This document shows positions 54,954 to 64,000 of a stretch of 64,000 bases of DNA, piece after piece. The translations under genes and the position numbers were made by a program. The DNA lies in IMG/VR virus record IMGVR_UViG_3300030095_002703, one strand, 5' to 3'. Source of the stretch: an uncultured virus (IMG/VR IMGVR_UViG_3300030095_002703). Lineage: Duplodnaviria; Heunggongvirae; Uroviricota; Caudoviricetes. The notes under the pieces were generated by a model. That model had not been told where the DNA came from and did no database searches. It saw only the letters and a list, made by a program, of their open reading frames with translations. Position 1 is the first letter of the stretch, and the number at the start of each line of letters is the position of its first letter.

Positions 54954-56174
54954 ATGCTTACACTTAATGGAGTGTTGACTGAGGAGCAACGGCTAGAGAA
55001 AGCTATAGTCGCTATTATCAGCGAACAAAAGTACACAGCGTTAGCAGGGGTATTAATGATCGGTGACAAGGTTATTGATGAGAGCATACCCACCGCGTGT
55101 ACCAATGGGCGTGATGAGAAGTATGGGCGTGAGTTTGTCAAGAGTATCAATGATGCTAAGTTACGTGGTTTGGCTCTTCACGAGAACAAACACAAGATGT
55201 ATCGACATCTTCATACGTGGAAACACTTATGGGAGATTGACGCTCAACTTGCAAACATGGCTATGGACTATGTTATCAACCTTGAAATCTTAGACGAGAA
55301 CCCACCCGATGAAAGGGGTGTACGGTTTGCCGAACTACCCGAAGGTGGGCTAGTCGATGAGCAGTACCGAGGTATGGATACAGCTCAAGTGTTCAAGATA
55401 CTACGCAAGAAGAAACAGGATAACGAGTCAGGAGGTGATACCGACAGCGGTGTTTTAGATACCAATGGTGGTTTCGATGAGCACGATTTTGAAGGTGCGC
55501 AAGAACTATCCGCTGATGAACAGCGTGATCTAGCTAGAGATATTGACGAGGCTATACGTCAGGGTGCTATGTCAGCAGGTAAGATGGGCGCAAATCAAGC
55601 AAGGTCACTCGATGAACTGTTACAGCCTCAAGTCGATTGGCGTGAGGTGTTGCGTGAGTTTATTTATGCTACGTGTGTGGGTAATGACTACTCTACATAC
55701 TCTCGACCTAACCGTAGGCTAATGAGTCAGGGTATCTATATGCCAAGTGGTGTTAGTGAAAAGGTCAATGAGTTGGTACTAGCTATTGATACATCAGGTT
55801 CGGTGGAGCAACGCGCTCTGACAGCCATGCTTACTGAGGTCAAATGTATATGTGACACGGTAAGACCCGACAAGGTGCGCATACTGTATTGGGGTTGTAC
55901 GGTAGTACGCGATGAAGTGTACGGTATGCACGAACTAGATCAGCTAATACAGTCTACCAAGCCGCGTGGAGGTGGTGGCACGGACGTTGTATGTGTTACC
56001 GAATACATGAAAGAGAACAACATCAAACCACAAGCGACCATTGTATTGACAGACGGTTACTTGTTTGGTAGTTGGGGTGATTGGGAATGTCCAGTATTGT
56101 GGGCAATCTTAGATCACAAGGAAGCTGTGCCAAGCACAGGTAAAGCAGTACACATAAGAGTGGAGGATATGTGA
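54954..56174 (+). CDS. Putative metallopeptidase + vWA-like protein (DUF2201-type)
   Basis: TACTNG, HENKH (HExxH), A.DY.IN, IDTSGS MIDAS, GGGGTD, LTDG. Confidence 0.85.
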   Translation: MLTLNGVLTEEQRLEKAIVAIISEQKYTALAGVLMIGDKVIDESIPTACTNGRDEKYGREFVKSINDAKLRGLALHENKHKMYRHLHTWKHLWEIDAQLANMAMDYVINLEILDENPPDERGVRFAELPEGGLVDEQYRGMDTAQVFKILRKKKQDNESGGDTDSGVLDTNGGFDEHDFEGAQELSADEQRDLARDIDEAIRQGAMSAGKMGANQARSLDELLQPQVDWREVLREFIYATCVGNDYSTYSRPNRRLMSQGIYMPSGVSEKVNELVLAIDTSGSVEQRALTAMLTEVKCICDTVRPDKVRILYWGCTVVRDEVYGMHELDQLIQSTKPRGGGGTDVVCVTEYMKENNIKPQATIVLTDGYLFGSWGDWECPVLWAILDHKEAVPSTGKAVHIRVEDM

Positions 56175-56377
56175 TGGATGACTTTGATAGTTTTTTGAAA
56201 CGCCGAATGGAGTGGGATACAGCAGTAGAGGAAGTGGAGAAAGCTGTGAAGTACAAATTAGACAGTATGAACTCTGGAGCCTCACATGCTAGTGCAGAAG
56301 CTCGAAAGCAATTTGCTTGGATAGACGATGACAGAGAACGCCTAGCGCAAGCGTGGGCAAGAATATTACAAGGATAA
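56171..56377 (+). CDS. 68-aa hypothetical protein, probable homolog of 5234-5410
   Basis: W..A...V...V ... AWARILQG C-terminus. Confidence 0.75.
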   Translation: MMDDFDSFLKRRMEWDTAVEEVEKAVKYKLDSMNSGASHASAEARKQFAWIDDDRERLAQAWARILQG

Positions 56378-56389
56378 GGAGATAAAGAT

Positions 56390-57313
56390 ATGGCTATGTA
56401 TGACGTTAAGTTTAAAAGTTTTAAACATGTAGAAGCGCATTGGGAAAGCATAAAACCTATACGTGGTAGGAAAGAAGATGTGCGACCTATAGCAGACCGC
56501 GCTAGAACTTTCGAGCGCATTAGTAAGTTATCAGATACTTGCTATTCTTTAAACATAACCGATTGGGGTGACAGACGTGAGGACATTATCACATGGGAAC
56601 TGGTCTCAGGTTATGAAGTTGTGACTATTAAAAATGGTGTAGGTCAGTGGGCGCACACATCCATATATTCATTCTTAGATAGGTTTTTACCGCAAAATGT
56701 AGGCTTTGTAGGTAAATCAGGCAAGCAGTTTATTGAAATACCGAACAGAGATGTAAAACCCTTTGAATGGGTAGAAAGATATTTACCTAAACGCACAGAC
56801 TTGAAGGATGAACGTGGTATACAGATAACTAGACCTAGCCCTTTACATGATTGGATTTGGGTGGGCGATGAACATATCATACCGCTACCAAGAGTGGATA
56901 AAGAAGCCAAAAAAGCACACAAAGAAGTTATTAATAACTTTTGTGAGTGGATGTGGAATATGTTGCCTTTGTTAGAGGATAACACCCCGACTAACTGGCA
57001 AGAGCGTAGGGATAAGTGTGTGATTTTGGGTATAAGTGCGCCACACCATTCATATTGGCAAGACTTAAAGACTCAAAAAGCTGCTCAAACAAACTTTTTG
57101 AAGTTATTGCACACCCCCGATGACCCCCTGTATGTTGATCTAGCCATTGAGTGTATAGCGCAACTTCAAGATAACGGCCAACGAACTTATGATCGCGAAA
57201 TACATGCTTGGGTAGAGCATAAATTAAGCGATGATGCGAAGGCTTTTAGGAGAAAGGTAAATACGTGGGTCAACAAGCATGGTGGGTTTACTACTATAAC
57301 AACAGATTACTAG
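56390..57313 (+). CDS. Hypothetical protein
   Basis: 307 aa; AAGGAG RBS. Confidence 0.8.
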   Translation: MAMYDVKFKSFKHVEAHWESIKPIRGRKEDVRPIADRARTFERISKLSDTCYSLNITDWGDRREDIITWELVSGYEVVTIKNGVGQWAHTSIYSFLDRFLPQNVGFVGKSGKQFIEIPNRDVKPFEWVERYLPKRTDLKDERGIQITRPSPLHDWIWVGDEHIIPLPRVDKEAKKAHKEVINNFCEWMWNMLPLLEDNTPTNWQERRDKCVILGISAPHHSYWQDLKTQKAAQTNFLKLLHTPDDPLYVDLAIECIAQLQDNGQRTYDREIHAWVEHKLSDDAKAFRRKVNTWVNKHGGFTTITTDY

Positions 57314-57320
57314 GAGAGTA

Positions 57321-58286
57321 GTGATGAATCAGAGAAAACAAGTAAGGGTGAGTGAGATAGGTGATATGGTTGATGGTAGGGGTATACGTGAGTTTACTGA
57401 GGATGAACTAAGCCAAGACGGTAACAACCAATACGTTATTATGTTTATGAAAGAGGTACGTAAAGCATTTCCTTATATCAAGTTTGCAGGGAAGGTTTTT
57501 AATCCACGAGATGGTGTGACCTACGCAAAGAATAACCTACGTCCCGATAGGATATATGTGTATACAGACACAGATGAATGGTGTTGGGGTTGGATAGCCT
57601 ATGGAGATTACAAAGTAGATGGTGATGGCAAAAATATGTATTGCGTTTATTCACGCAAAATACGAAACAACAAGTATGATTATCTCAGAGAACAACATTA
57701 TATAGCTATGACAAGTAAGCTAGACATAGCGGTGCGTAATGCCAAGCGATATTTGTCACCATTTAATGCCAAAGAGATAATAGACTTCAGTAAGGAGGGA
57801 GTGACGGAGGGTGTTAAAAGCCATGAGGATACTCTCAGACGTGCTTTACACGAAGCAACGAAACCGTTTACGGAAAGTGTTGGGCACTATAAAAACCTAC
57901 CTCAATTATTTACTGAGTTGTTTCATTTAGCTGATTCTGAATATCAGTTTTTATCGGAAGAGTTTTCTAACCAACTAAGCACTATGCGTAACGTCTACGA
58001 ACCGTACATGGAGCACCATAAAAACCCTGTAACTTTTTACTGTGTATGTATCCATGAGCGCAGGGGGAAGCAATTATTTGATGTAACACCTACCAGAGAT
58101 CTTAATGCTAGTCCGTGGGATTCAAATGCCAATAACCTAGATGGAGATCTTACTACTTATACAGATGATACTTTGCCAATAGATATTAAGGGTAAATTAT
58201 CTGTGCTTTCTATAACCGATCTAGGTGAGTATGTACACAATGTTGGTTATCGTTACAGCAAAGGTATATTTTATGTTACACAGTGA
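57321..58286 (+). CDS. Hypothetical protein
   Basis: 321 aa; AGGAG RBS. Confidence 0.8.
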   Translation: MMNQRKQVRVSEIGDMVDGRGIREFTEDELSQDGNNQYVIMFMKEVRKAFPYIKFAGKVFNPRDGVTYAKNNLRPDRIYVYTDTDEWCWGWIAYGDYKVDGDGKNMYCVYSRKIRNNKYDYLREQHYIAMTSKLDIAVRNAKRYLSPFNAKEIIDFSKEGVTEGVKSHEDTLRRALHEATKPFTESVGHYKNLPQLFTELFHLADSEYQFLSEEFSNQLSTMRNVYEPYMEHHKNPVTFYCVCIHERRGKQLFDVTPTRDLNASPWDSNANNLDGDLTTYTDDTLPIDIKGKLSVLSITDLGEYVHNVGYRYSKGIFYVTQ

Positions 58287-58551
58287 CAGCTTTACATATA
58301 AATATGGTTCTAATGTTACTGTACATCGCGTGTGTATACATAGTGACAACAATACCGTTGAAATATCATGTTTAGGTATGGATTGTGTTGACTCACCAGA
58401 CAATGGTGTGTACGATTCTATAGACAAATTACCTGATTGGATACAAGATAGGTTAGCGGTGTTGTTTTTATGCGACCCAAATCCTCCTACTAAAGAGGTA
58501 GGTGGTATAGGAAGGAGGATTGACGCTAATGTTTTTTGGATAAATAAATAA
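58273..58551 (+). CDS. Hypothetical protein
   Basis: LP.W.Q..LAVL...V.G.G.R pattern resembles the C-terminus of the upstream protein. Confidence 0.7.
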   Translation: MLHSDSFTYKYGSNVTVHRVCIHSDNNTVEISCLGMDCVDSPDNGVYDSIDKLPDWIQDRLAVLFLCDPNPPTKEVGGIGRRIDANVFWINK

Positions 58552-58564
58552 GAGAGGGTTAATT

Positions 58565-58741
58565 ATGTTAGAGGAAATAATAAATATAATATTTAGCATA
58601 GTATTTTTAGGTTTTTTGGGTTTTATCTGTCATGGCGTTGTGCTCGTAATAAATGACAAGCAAAAAATTTGGGAACAAAAACAAAGAGGTAACTATTATG
58701 GCAATGACTCCCGAAGCGAAAGTAAAGAGCAAAGTAGTTAA
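58565..58741 (+). CDS. 58-aa membrane protein (below ORF-track cutoff)
   Basis: MLEEIINIIFSIVFLGFLGFICHGVVLVIND...; GAGG RBS. Confidence 0.55.
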   Translation: MLEEIINIIFSIVFLGFLGFICHGVVLVINDKQKIWEQKQRGNYYGNDSRSESKEQSS

Positions 58742-59048
58742 GCACTTAAAAAACATGGGGGCATACTACTTTTTCCCTGCTACTGGTGGTTATGGTAAGA
58801 GCGGAGTGCCTGACATAGTTGGGTGTTACAATGGTTTGTTTTTTGGTATCGAATGTAAAGCAGGAAATAACAAAGCTACTGCATTACAACTAAAGAACTT
58901 ATCAGAAATAACACAAGCAGGAGGCATTGCTTCCATAATAAACGAGGACAACGCGCACACTGTGCCTGACATTCTTGTAAACAAGGAACTGGTCTCAAGT
59001 AGTGGTGGTTGGGAACAATTAGAATTTGACTTTGAGGATATGCAATGA
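58698..59048 (+). CDS. VRR-NUC family nuclease
   Basis: TPEAKVK..SGVPDIV..GIECKAG..TALQ..GG. Confidence 0.85.
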   Translation: MAMTPEAKVKSKVVKHLKNMGAYYFFPATGGYGKSGVPDIVGCYNGLFFGIECKAGNNKATALQLKNLSEITQAGGIASIINEDNAHTVPDILVNKELVSSSGGWEQLEFDFEDMQ

Positions 59049-59353
59049 GCATAGATGAAGCAAACTCTGATAACTTGGATAAAGACTATATGAGAATGTC
59101 TAAAGATATAAAGACTACAATTATAGATCAAAGTCCTAAGGATATGGTAAACAGTCCTAGCCACTATACGGCAGGGAGTATTGAGTGTATTGACGCTATA
59201 GAAGCATCAATGACACCCGAAGCGTTTAAAGGGTATTGCAAAGGGGCATGTATGAAATACTTGTGGAGGTATGAGCACAAGGGTAAGTCGTTAGAAGATT
59301 TGAAAAAGGCTAGGTGGTACTTAAATAAGCTGATGACTAAAGTGGAGGGTTGA
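59045..59353 (+). CDS. DUF3310 (SaV-like) protein
   Basis: DMVNSPSHY..IECIDAI..KY.WR..K..EDL.KA.WY. Confidence 0.85.
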   Translation: MSIDEANSDNLDKDYMRMSKDIKTTIIDQSPKDMVNSPSHYTAGSIECIDAIEASMTPEAFKGYCKGACMKYLWRYEHKGKSLEDLKKARWYLNKLMTKVEG

Positions 59354-61194
59354 TGGACCTAATAACAGTAGATTTTGAAACTTATTATGATAAAGAATAC
59401 TCATTACGAAAAATGACAACAGAATCCTACGTACGCGACCCTAGATTTGAGGTGGTGGGTGTAGGAGTAAAAGTAAACAACGGAAATACGGAGTGGGCCA
59501 GTGGATCACATGAAGAACTTAAGCGGTACTTACACACTTTTAATTGGGCGGATAGTGTCTTACTCGCTCACAACACTATGTTTGATGGTGCCATTCTTAA
59601 TTGGCGTTTCGATGTTCATCCTCGCCGCTATACCGATACTCTTTGCATTGCCCGTGCTTTACATGGGGTCGAAGTTGGGGGCAGTCTCCATGCGTTATCT
59701 CAAAGGTATGACATTGGACTTAAGGGAACAGAGGTACTCGACGCTATCGGAAAAAGACGTGACTCCTTTTCAGAAGAAGCCTTAGACAAGTACGGCGATT
59801 ATTGCGTTAATGATGTAGAGCTGACCTACAAACTGTTTAAGATCATGGGTAAGAACTTCCCTAGACAAGAACTTAGAGTTATTGATACTACGTTGCGTAT
59901 GTTTATTGAACCTATGCTAGACCTAGACTTAGGGTTGTTAGAACAACATCTTGAAAGTATTAAGGCAGTTAAGGATGACCTGATAACTTCTTGTGGTGCA
60001 GATAAGTCAGAACTGATGAGCAATCCTAAGTTTGCTGAGTTGCTAGAAGGCTTGGATGTAGCACCTCCTATGAAGATAAGCCCTACTACAGGTAAGAGTA
60101 CATTCGCCTTTGCTAAGTCAGATGATGGATTCAAACAGTTACTTGATCATCCTAATTATAAGGTTCAAGCGTTAGCAAATGCACGGTTAGGTAATAAAAG
60201 TACGTTGGAAGAAACTCGTACACAAAGGTTTATAGATATATGTAAGCGAGGACTACTACCTGTACCTGTAAGGTATTACGCCGCTCACACTGGTAGGTGG
60301 GGTGGGGATGATAAGATTAATTTACAGAACTTACCTAGTAGAGGGCCACATGGTAAGAAGTTAAAGAGAAGTATAATTGCTCCAGAAGGTTATACAATAA
60401 TAGATTGCGATTCATCTCAGATCGAGGCTCGTGTGCTTGCATGGTTAGCAGGGCAAGACGATTTAGTAGCGGCGTTTGCAAACAAAGAAGATGTATATAT
60501 AAAAATGGCATCTATTATCTATGGCGTACCTGAGGACGAGGTAACAAAAGAACAAAGATTTGTTGGTAAGACCACCATACTTGGCGCAGGATATGGTATG
60601 GGCGCAGTGAGATTTACTGAGCAGTTAAAAGGTATGGGAGTTCACATGGACATTGCCGAGGCTCGTAGGGTAATAAAAATATACCGCGAGACTAATTGGA
60701 AGATAAACGTGTTATGGCGTAACTGTCAGAACATGCTACTGGAGTTGGTTCGTGCTCGGACACAGAATTTTGGAACTAATGATATAATAAAGCCTGTTGT
60801 CACGAATCAGTATGGTGGGATAAGATTACCCTCTGGACTCATTATGAAGTATGGTGACTTACGGTGGCAACAAAATGAAAAGGGCGTAGAGTTTACTTAT
60901 AAAACAAGACGAGGCCGAACTAGGATATACGGTGGCAAGGTAGTAGAGAATGTATGTCAAGCCATAGCCCGATGTGTGATTGCTGAACAGATGTTAGCTA
61001 TTGCTAAGAAATACCGTCCTGTCTTAACAGTACACGATTCGATAGCGTGTTGTGTGCCAATAGAAGAAGCAAAGGAAGCGCAAATATATATTGAAGCGTG
61101 TATGCGAAAAACCCCTACTTGGGCAGAAGGGCTACCTTTAGATTGCGAGTCTGGTGTAGCTAAAGCCTACGGAGATTGTGAACCTGATGGGTAA
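59350..61194 (+). CDS. polA: Second family A DNA polymerase, Leu at the 762 position
   Basis: DFET, HNTMFD, YCVND, HTGRWGG, DSSQIEAR, KTTILGAGYG, TVHDS. Confidence 0.95.
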   Translation: MMDLITVDFETYYDKEYSLRKMTTESYVRDPRFEVVGVGVKVNNGNTEWASGSHEELKRYLHTFNWADSVLLAHNTMFDGAILNWRFDVHPRRYTDTLCIARALHGVEVGGSLHALSQRYDIGLKGTEVLDAIGKRRDSFSEEALDKYGDYCVNDVELTYKLFKIMGKNFPRQELRVIDTTLRMFIEPMLDLDLGLLEQHLESIKAVKDDLITSCGADKSELMSNPKFAELLEGLDVAPPMKISPTTGKSTFAFAKSDDGFKQLLDHPNYKVQALANARLGNKSTLEETRTQRFIDICKRGLLPVPVRYYAAHTGRWGGDDKINLQNLPSRGPHGKKLKRSIIAPEGYTIIDCDSSQIEARVLAWLAGQDDLVAAFANKEDVYIKMASIIYGVPEDEVTKEQRFVGKTTILGAGYGMGAVRFTEQLKGMGVHMDIAEARRVIKIYRETNWKINVLWRNCQNMLLELVRARTQNFGTNDIIKPVVTNQYGGIRLPSGLIMKYGDLRWQQNEKGVEFTYKTRRGRTRIYGGKVVENVCQAIARCVIAEQMLAIAKKYRPVLTVHDSIACCVPIEEAKEAQIYIEACMRKTPTWAEGLPLDCESGVAKAYGDCEPDG

Positions 61195-61456
61195 AGTTAT
61201 TAACATAGATAGAACTCCTTATATACAAGATGATATTGATGATTTTGATAAAGATGGTGTGTCTACTAAAATATTTATAGCTCAAAGTAGCGATTGTGAT
61301 TATGCTTTAGTCTTTGAACAGTCTAGATTTTTAGATGGCAAAGAGATTGATACACAAGAAATTGTAATACCTTATGAGAATTTGAGGCAAGTATTACCCA
61401 ACATACTTAGCGCCACTAAAGAAGTATTAAGGCTTACGGAGGAGAGTAAGGAGTGA
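61187..61456 (+). CDS. Hypothetical protein
   Basis: Acidic, about 89 aa, coupled to neighbours. Confidence 0.65.
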   Translation: MGKVINIDRTPYIQDDIDDFDKDGVSTKIFIAQSSDCDYALVFEQSRFLDGKEIDTQEIVIPYENLRQVLPNILSATKEVLRLTEESKE

Positions 61457-62124
61457 GTATAAAACCTTGGTCATTCTCTAAAATAAAATCTTTTGAGCAA
61501 TGCCCTAAAAAGTTTTATCACCTTAAAATATTAAAAGATTACAAGGAGCCTGAGACTGAGGCTATGTATTACGGCACAGCTTTTCATTTAGCCGCCGAAG
61601 AATATATACGTGATGGTACACCACTCCCTGAGAAGTTTATGTATGGTAAGGCAGTACTTGATTCTCTTGCCGCCAAAAAAGGTGATAAGCTATGTGAGTT
61701 AAAGATGGGGCTTACAGAAAATTTAGAACCATGCGGATTCTTTGATGATAATGTATGGTGGAGAGGCATAGCAGATTTAGTTATATTAAACGAAGAAGAT
61801 AAGGTAGCATGGGCTATAGATTATAAAACAAGTAAGAGCACTAGGTATGCAGATAAAGGTCAGTTAGAATTAATGGCTATGGCATTGTTTAAACATTTTC
61901 CTAATATAGAGACAGTGCGTGGTGGCTTAGTATTTGTAGTGTGTGATGAGTTAGTTAAAGAAGAGTATGAACATACAGTTGCATCGAGCCTGTGGACTAA
62001 GTGGCTAACCGATTATAGTCGTATGGAGAAAGCGCAAGAAAAGAATGTATGGAATGCAAACCAAAGTGGCCTGTGTAAACGTCACTGTGTGGTGACTGAG
62101 TGTGTATATAACGGGAGGAACTAA
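61453..62124 (+). CDS. Cas4/RecB-like PD-(D/E)XK exonuclease with 4-Cys cluster
   Basis: WSFS..QCP, GTAFH, GIAD, IDYKT, QL..MA, LC..C....C. Confidence 0.85.
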   Translation: MSIKPWSFSKIKSFEQCPKKFYHLKILKDYKEPETEAMYYGTAFHLAAEEYIRDGTPLPEKFMYGKAVLDSLAAKKGDKLCELKMGLTENLEPCGFFDDNVWWRGIADLVILNEEDKVAWAIDYKTSKSTRYADKGQLELMAMALFKHFPNIETVRGGLVFVVCDELVKEEYEHTVASSLWTKWLTDYSRMEKAQEKNVWNANQSGLCKRHCVVTECVYNGRN

Positions 62125-62393
62125 TGCCGTACAAAAATAAAGCAGATCGCAAGAAACAAACCAATGCTCCTAAGGGTACTAAAGAGCATAAGGCTCGTAT
62201 GGAAAGACAACGAGCTAGACGTAAGATGGATAAGAAAGGTAAAGATGTTAACAAGAACGGTAAGGCTGATAAGCGTGAAGGTAAAGATGTAAGCCATAAT
62301 AAAGCTTTGAGTCGTGGGGGTAGTAATAAAGATGGTGTTAGAGTAGAAAGTAGATCAGCTAATCGAAGTCGTAATTACAAAAAGAAAAAATAA
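62124..62393 (+). CDS. Small HNH-like endonuclease
   Basis: GKDVSH..ALSRGGSN......S.NRSRN. Confidence 0.7.
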   Translation: MPYKNKADRKKQTNAPKGTKEHKARMERQRARRKMDKKGKDVNKNGKADKREGKDVSHNKALSRGGSNKDGVRVESRSANRSRNYKKKK

Positions 62394-62404
62394 TTTTTTG
62401 TGTG

Positions 62405-62607
62405 GACGCTTACCTAGATGCGTCAATAAATAGTTTGGGACGATCTCTACCCCTAGATTGTTTTGGAGTTTATATATTCTCTCCTTTAACCCAACAAAAT
62501 CAGGTAGCTTGAGGTGCTTATCCTATCATCCCGACCTAGCCCTATCGGGAAGCGAAGCAGGGCTATTAACTTTTCGTGTGACGTGGACACCCATTTCACA
62601 CTTTTTT
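62405..62607 (+). ncRNA. Putative structured RNA with anti-RBS loop, pseudoknot and terminator
   Basis: Hairpins 62405-62424 and 62447-62507 (apex GUUUAUAUAUUCUCUCCUUU), H-type pseudoknot 62529-62565, hairpin plus U6 at 62576-62607. Confidence 0.6.
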
Positions 62608-62622
62608 GCATCGGAGAAATAA

Positions 62623-64000
62623 ATGAAAATAGTAGATAACAAGGCGTTATTGTTAAGATTACGTAGTCCAAAACAAGTTACCACAGTAATACCTAAAAGC
62701 AAAGAATTAGAAAATAATAAAGTATTAGTTAATTGGGGTATAGAAGAAGCGCACGTACTTAGGAACTTAAATATAAAAGCGCCCTCTCCCATAGAACGCA
62801 CATACCAATGGACAGGACAACACGCGCCATTTGATCACCAAAAAACAACGTCCTCATTTTTAACACTTAACCGAAAGTCTTTTTGTTTTAACGAACAGGG
62901 TACAGGCAAAACAGCTAGTGCTATATGGGCATCTGATTTTTTATTAGACAAAGGTTTAATAAACAGAGTGTTAGTGATATGTCCATTATCAATTATGGAT
63001 TCAGCATGGCGTAATGATTTATTTACATTTGCTATGCACCGTACGGTAGATGTAGCTTATGGATCTGCTAAAAAACGTGAGGAGATTATAAACAACGGTT
63101 CTGAGTATGTAATAATAAATTATGATGGATTAGCCATAGTAGAGAAAACTATAATAAATGGAGGCTTTGACTTAATAATAGTAGACGAAGCTACGCATTA
63201 CAAAAATCCACAAACTAACAGGTGGAAAACTCTTAATAGGGTTATAAATTCTAACACTTGGTTGTGGATGATGACAGGTACTCCTGCGGCGCAGAGTCCT
63301 ATAGACGCGTACGGTTTAGCTAAGTTAGTAAACCCTAACAAAGTACCTAGATTTTTAGGGTCATTTCGTGATCAAGTAATGCGTAAAGTAACTAACTTCA
63401 AATGGGTTCCCAAAGATACAGCTACCGAGACCGTACATAGAGTATTGCAACCTGCTATAAGGTTTACTAAAGAAGAATGTTTAGACCTACCTCCTATGGT
63501 ATATGTCAAACGTCAAGTAGAAATGACTCGGCAACAAAATAAATACTACAAAGAACTAAAAAGTAAGATGGTAATGCAAGCGGCAGGAGAACAAATATCA
63601 GCGGCAAATGCGGCTGTTAACATGAATAAATTATTACAAATATCAGCAGGTGCAGTGTACACCGACAAAGGAGATGCATTAGAGTTTGATATAAAACACC
63701 GCTATAAAGTATTAAAAGAAGTAATGGATGAGTCTAGTAAAAAAGTATTAATATTTGTACCTTTTAAACATGTAATCGACATACTGACAGATAAATTACG
63801 TAGCGAAGGCATAACAACAGAAATCATACGTGGGGACGTATCAGCACCAAAACGTACTGACATATTTAAAAGGTTTCAAGAACAAGACAATCCTAAAGTG
63901 TTAGTTATACAGCCGCAAGCCGCCGCGCATGGGGTCACTTTAACAGCCGCAAACACTGTGGTGTGGTGGGGGCCAACTAGTTCTCTTGAAACATATGCTC
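62623..64000 (+). CDS. Second SNF2-family helicase (3' end runs off window)
   Basis: Read manually: MKIVDNKALL.., PFDHQ, NEQGTGKT, VDEATHYKN, MTGTP, AAAHGVTLTAA; GGAG RBS. Confidence 0.92.
   Translation, partial: MKIVDNKALLLRLRSPKQVTTVIPKSKELENNKVLVNWGIEEAHVLRNLNIKAPSPIERTYQWTGQHAPFDHQKTTSSFLTLNRKSFCFNEQGTGKTASAIWASDFLLDKGLINRVLVICPLSIMDSAWRNDLFTFAMHRTVDVAYGSAKKREEIINNGSEYVIINYDGLAIVEKTIINGGFDLIIVDEATHYKNPQTNRWKTLNRVINSNTWLWMMTGTPAAQSPIDAYGLAKLVNPNKVPRFLGSFRDQVMRKVTNFKWVPKDTATETVHRVLQPAIRFTKEECLDLPPMVYVKRQVEMTRQQNKYYKELKSKMVMQAAGEQISAANAAVNMNKLLQISAGAVYTDKGDALEFDIKHRYKVLKEVMDESSKKVLIFVPFKHVIDILTDKLRSEGITTEIIRGDVSAPKRTDIFKRFQEQDNPKVLVIQPQAAAHGVTLTAANTVVWWGPTSSLETYA

Noticed and set aside
62529..62565. 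HDV-like/theta ribozyme (GCGAA before the last helix)
   Set aside because: No P3/L3 or P1.1 elements and no adjacent tRNA

Overview
The whole 64 kb is tailed-phage DNA of the marine/freshwater podovirus-like type; no host genes, rRNA, tRNA, CRISPR array or integrase were recognised. It has three blocks. (1) 1-14.6 kb: an early/replication module (DUF932-like protein, TerS-like protein, PD-(D/E)XK nuclease, AlpA and RHH regulators, family A DNA polymerase, SF1 helicase, primase, SSB-like protein, SNF2 helicase). (2) 14.6-50.3 kb: one minus-strand morphogenesis operon (TerS, TerL, portal, GroES-like protein, scaffold, major capsid, small basic proteins, adaptors, 1689-aa tail fibre, nozzle-like protein, four large ejection-type proteins). 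(3) 50.6-64 kb: a second, plus-strand early/replication module (AAA ATPase + vWA/metallopeptidase, VRR-NUC, DUF3310, a second PolA, Cas4-like nuclease, HNH, a second SNF2 helicase). The duplicated functions, different operator motifs and an apparent GC shift suggest two phage genomes joined in the repeat-rich tail-fibre gene (misassembly or recombinant). The most interesting signal is non-coding. A ~75-nt putative sRNA (5422-5495, minus strand) with its own promoter and terminator carries two seeds complementary to the ribosome-binding regions of about nine early/replication genes. An unrelated structured RNA in the other module (62405-62607) displays a loop complementary to the leaders of that module's early genes. 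This suggests a phage-encoded multi-target anti-RBS sRNA switch. Family names come from motif recognition by eye, not database searches.
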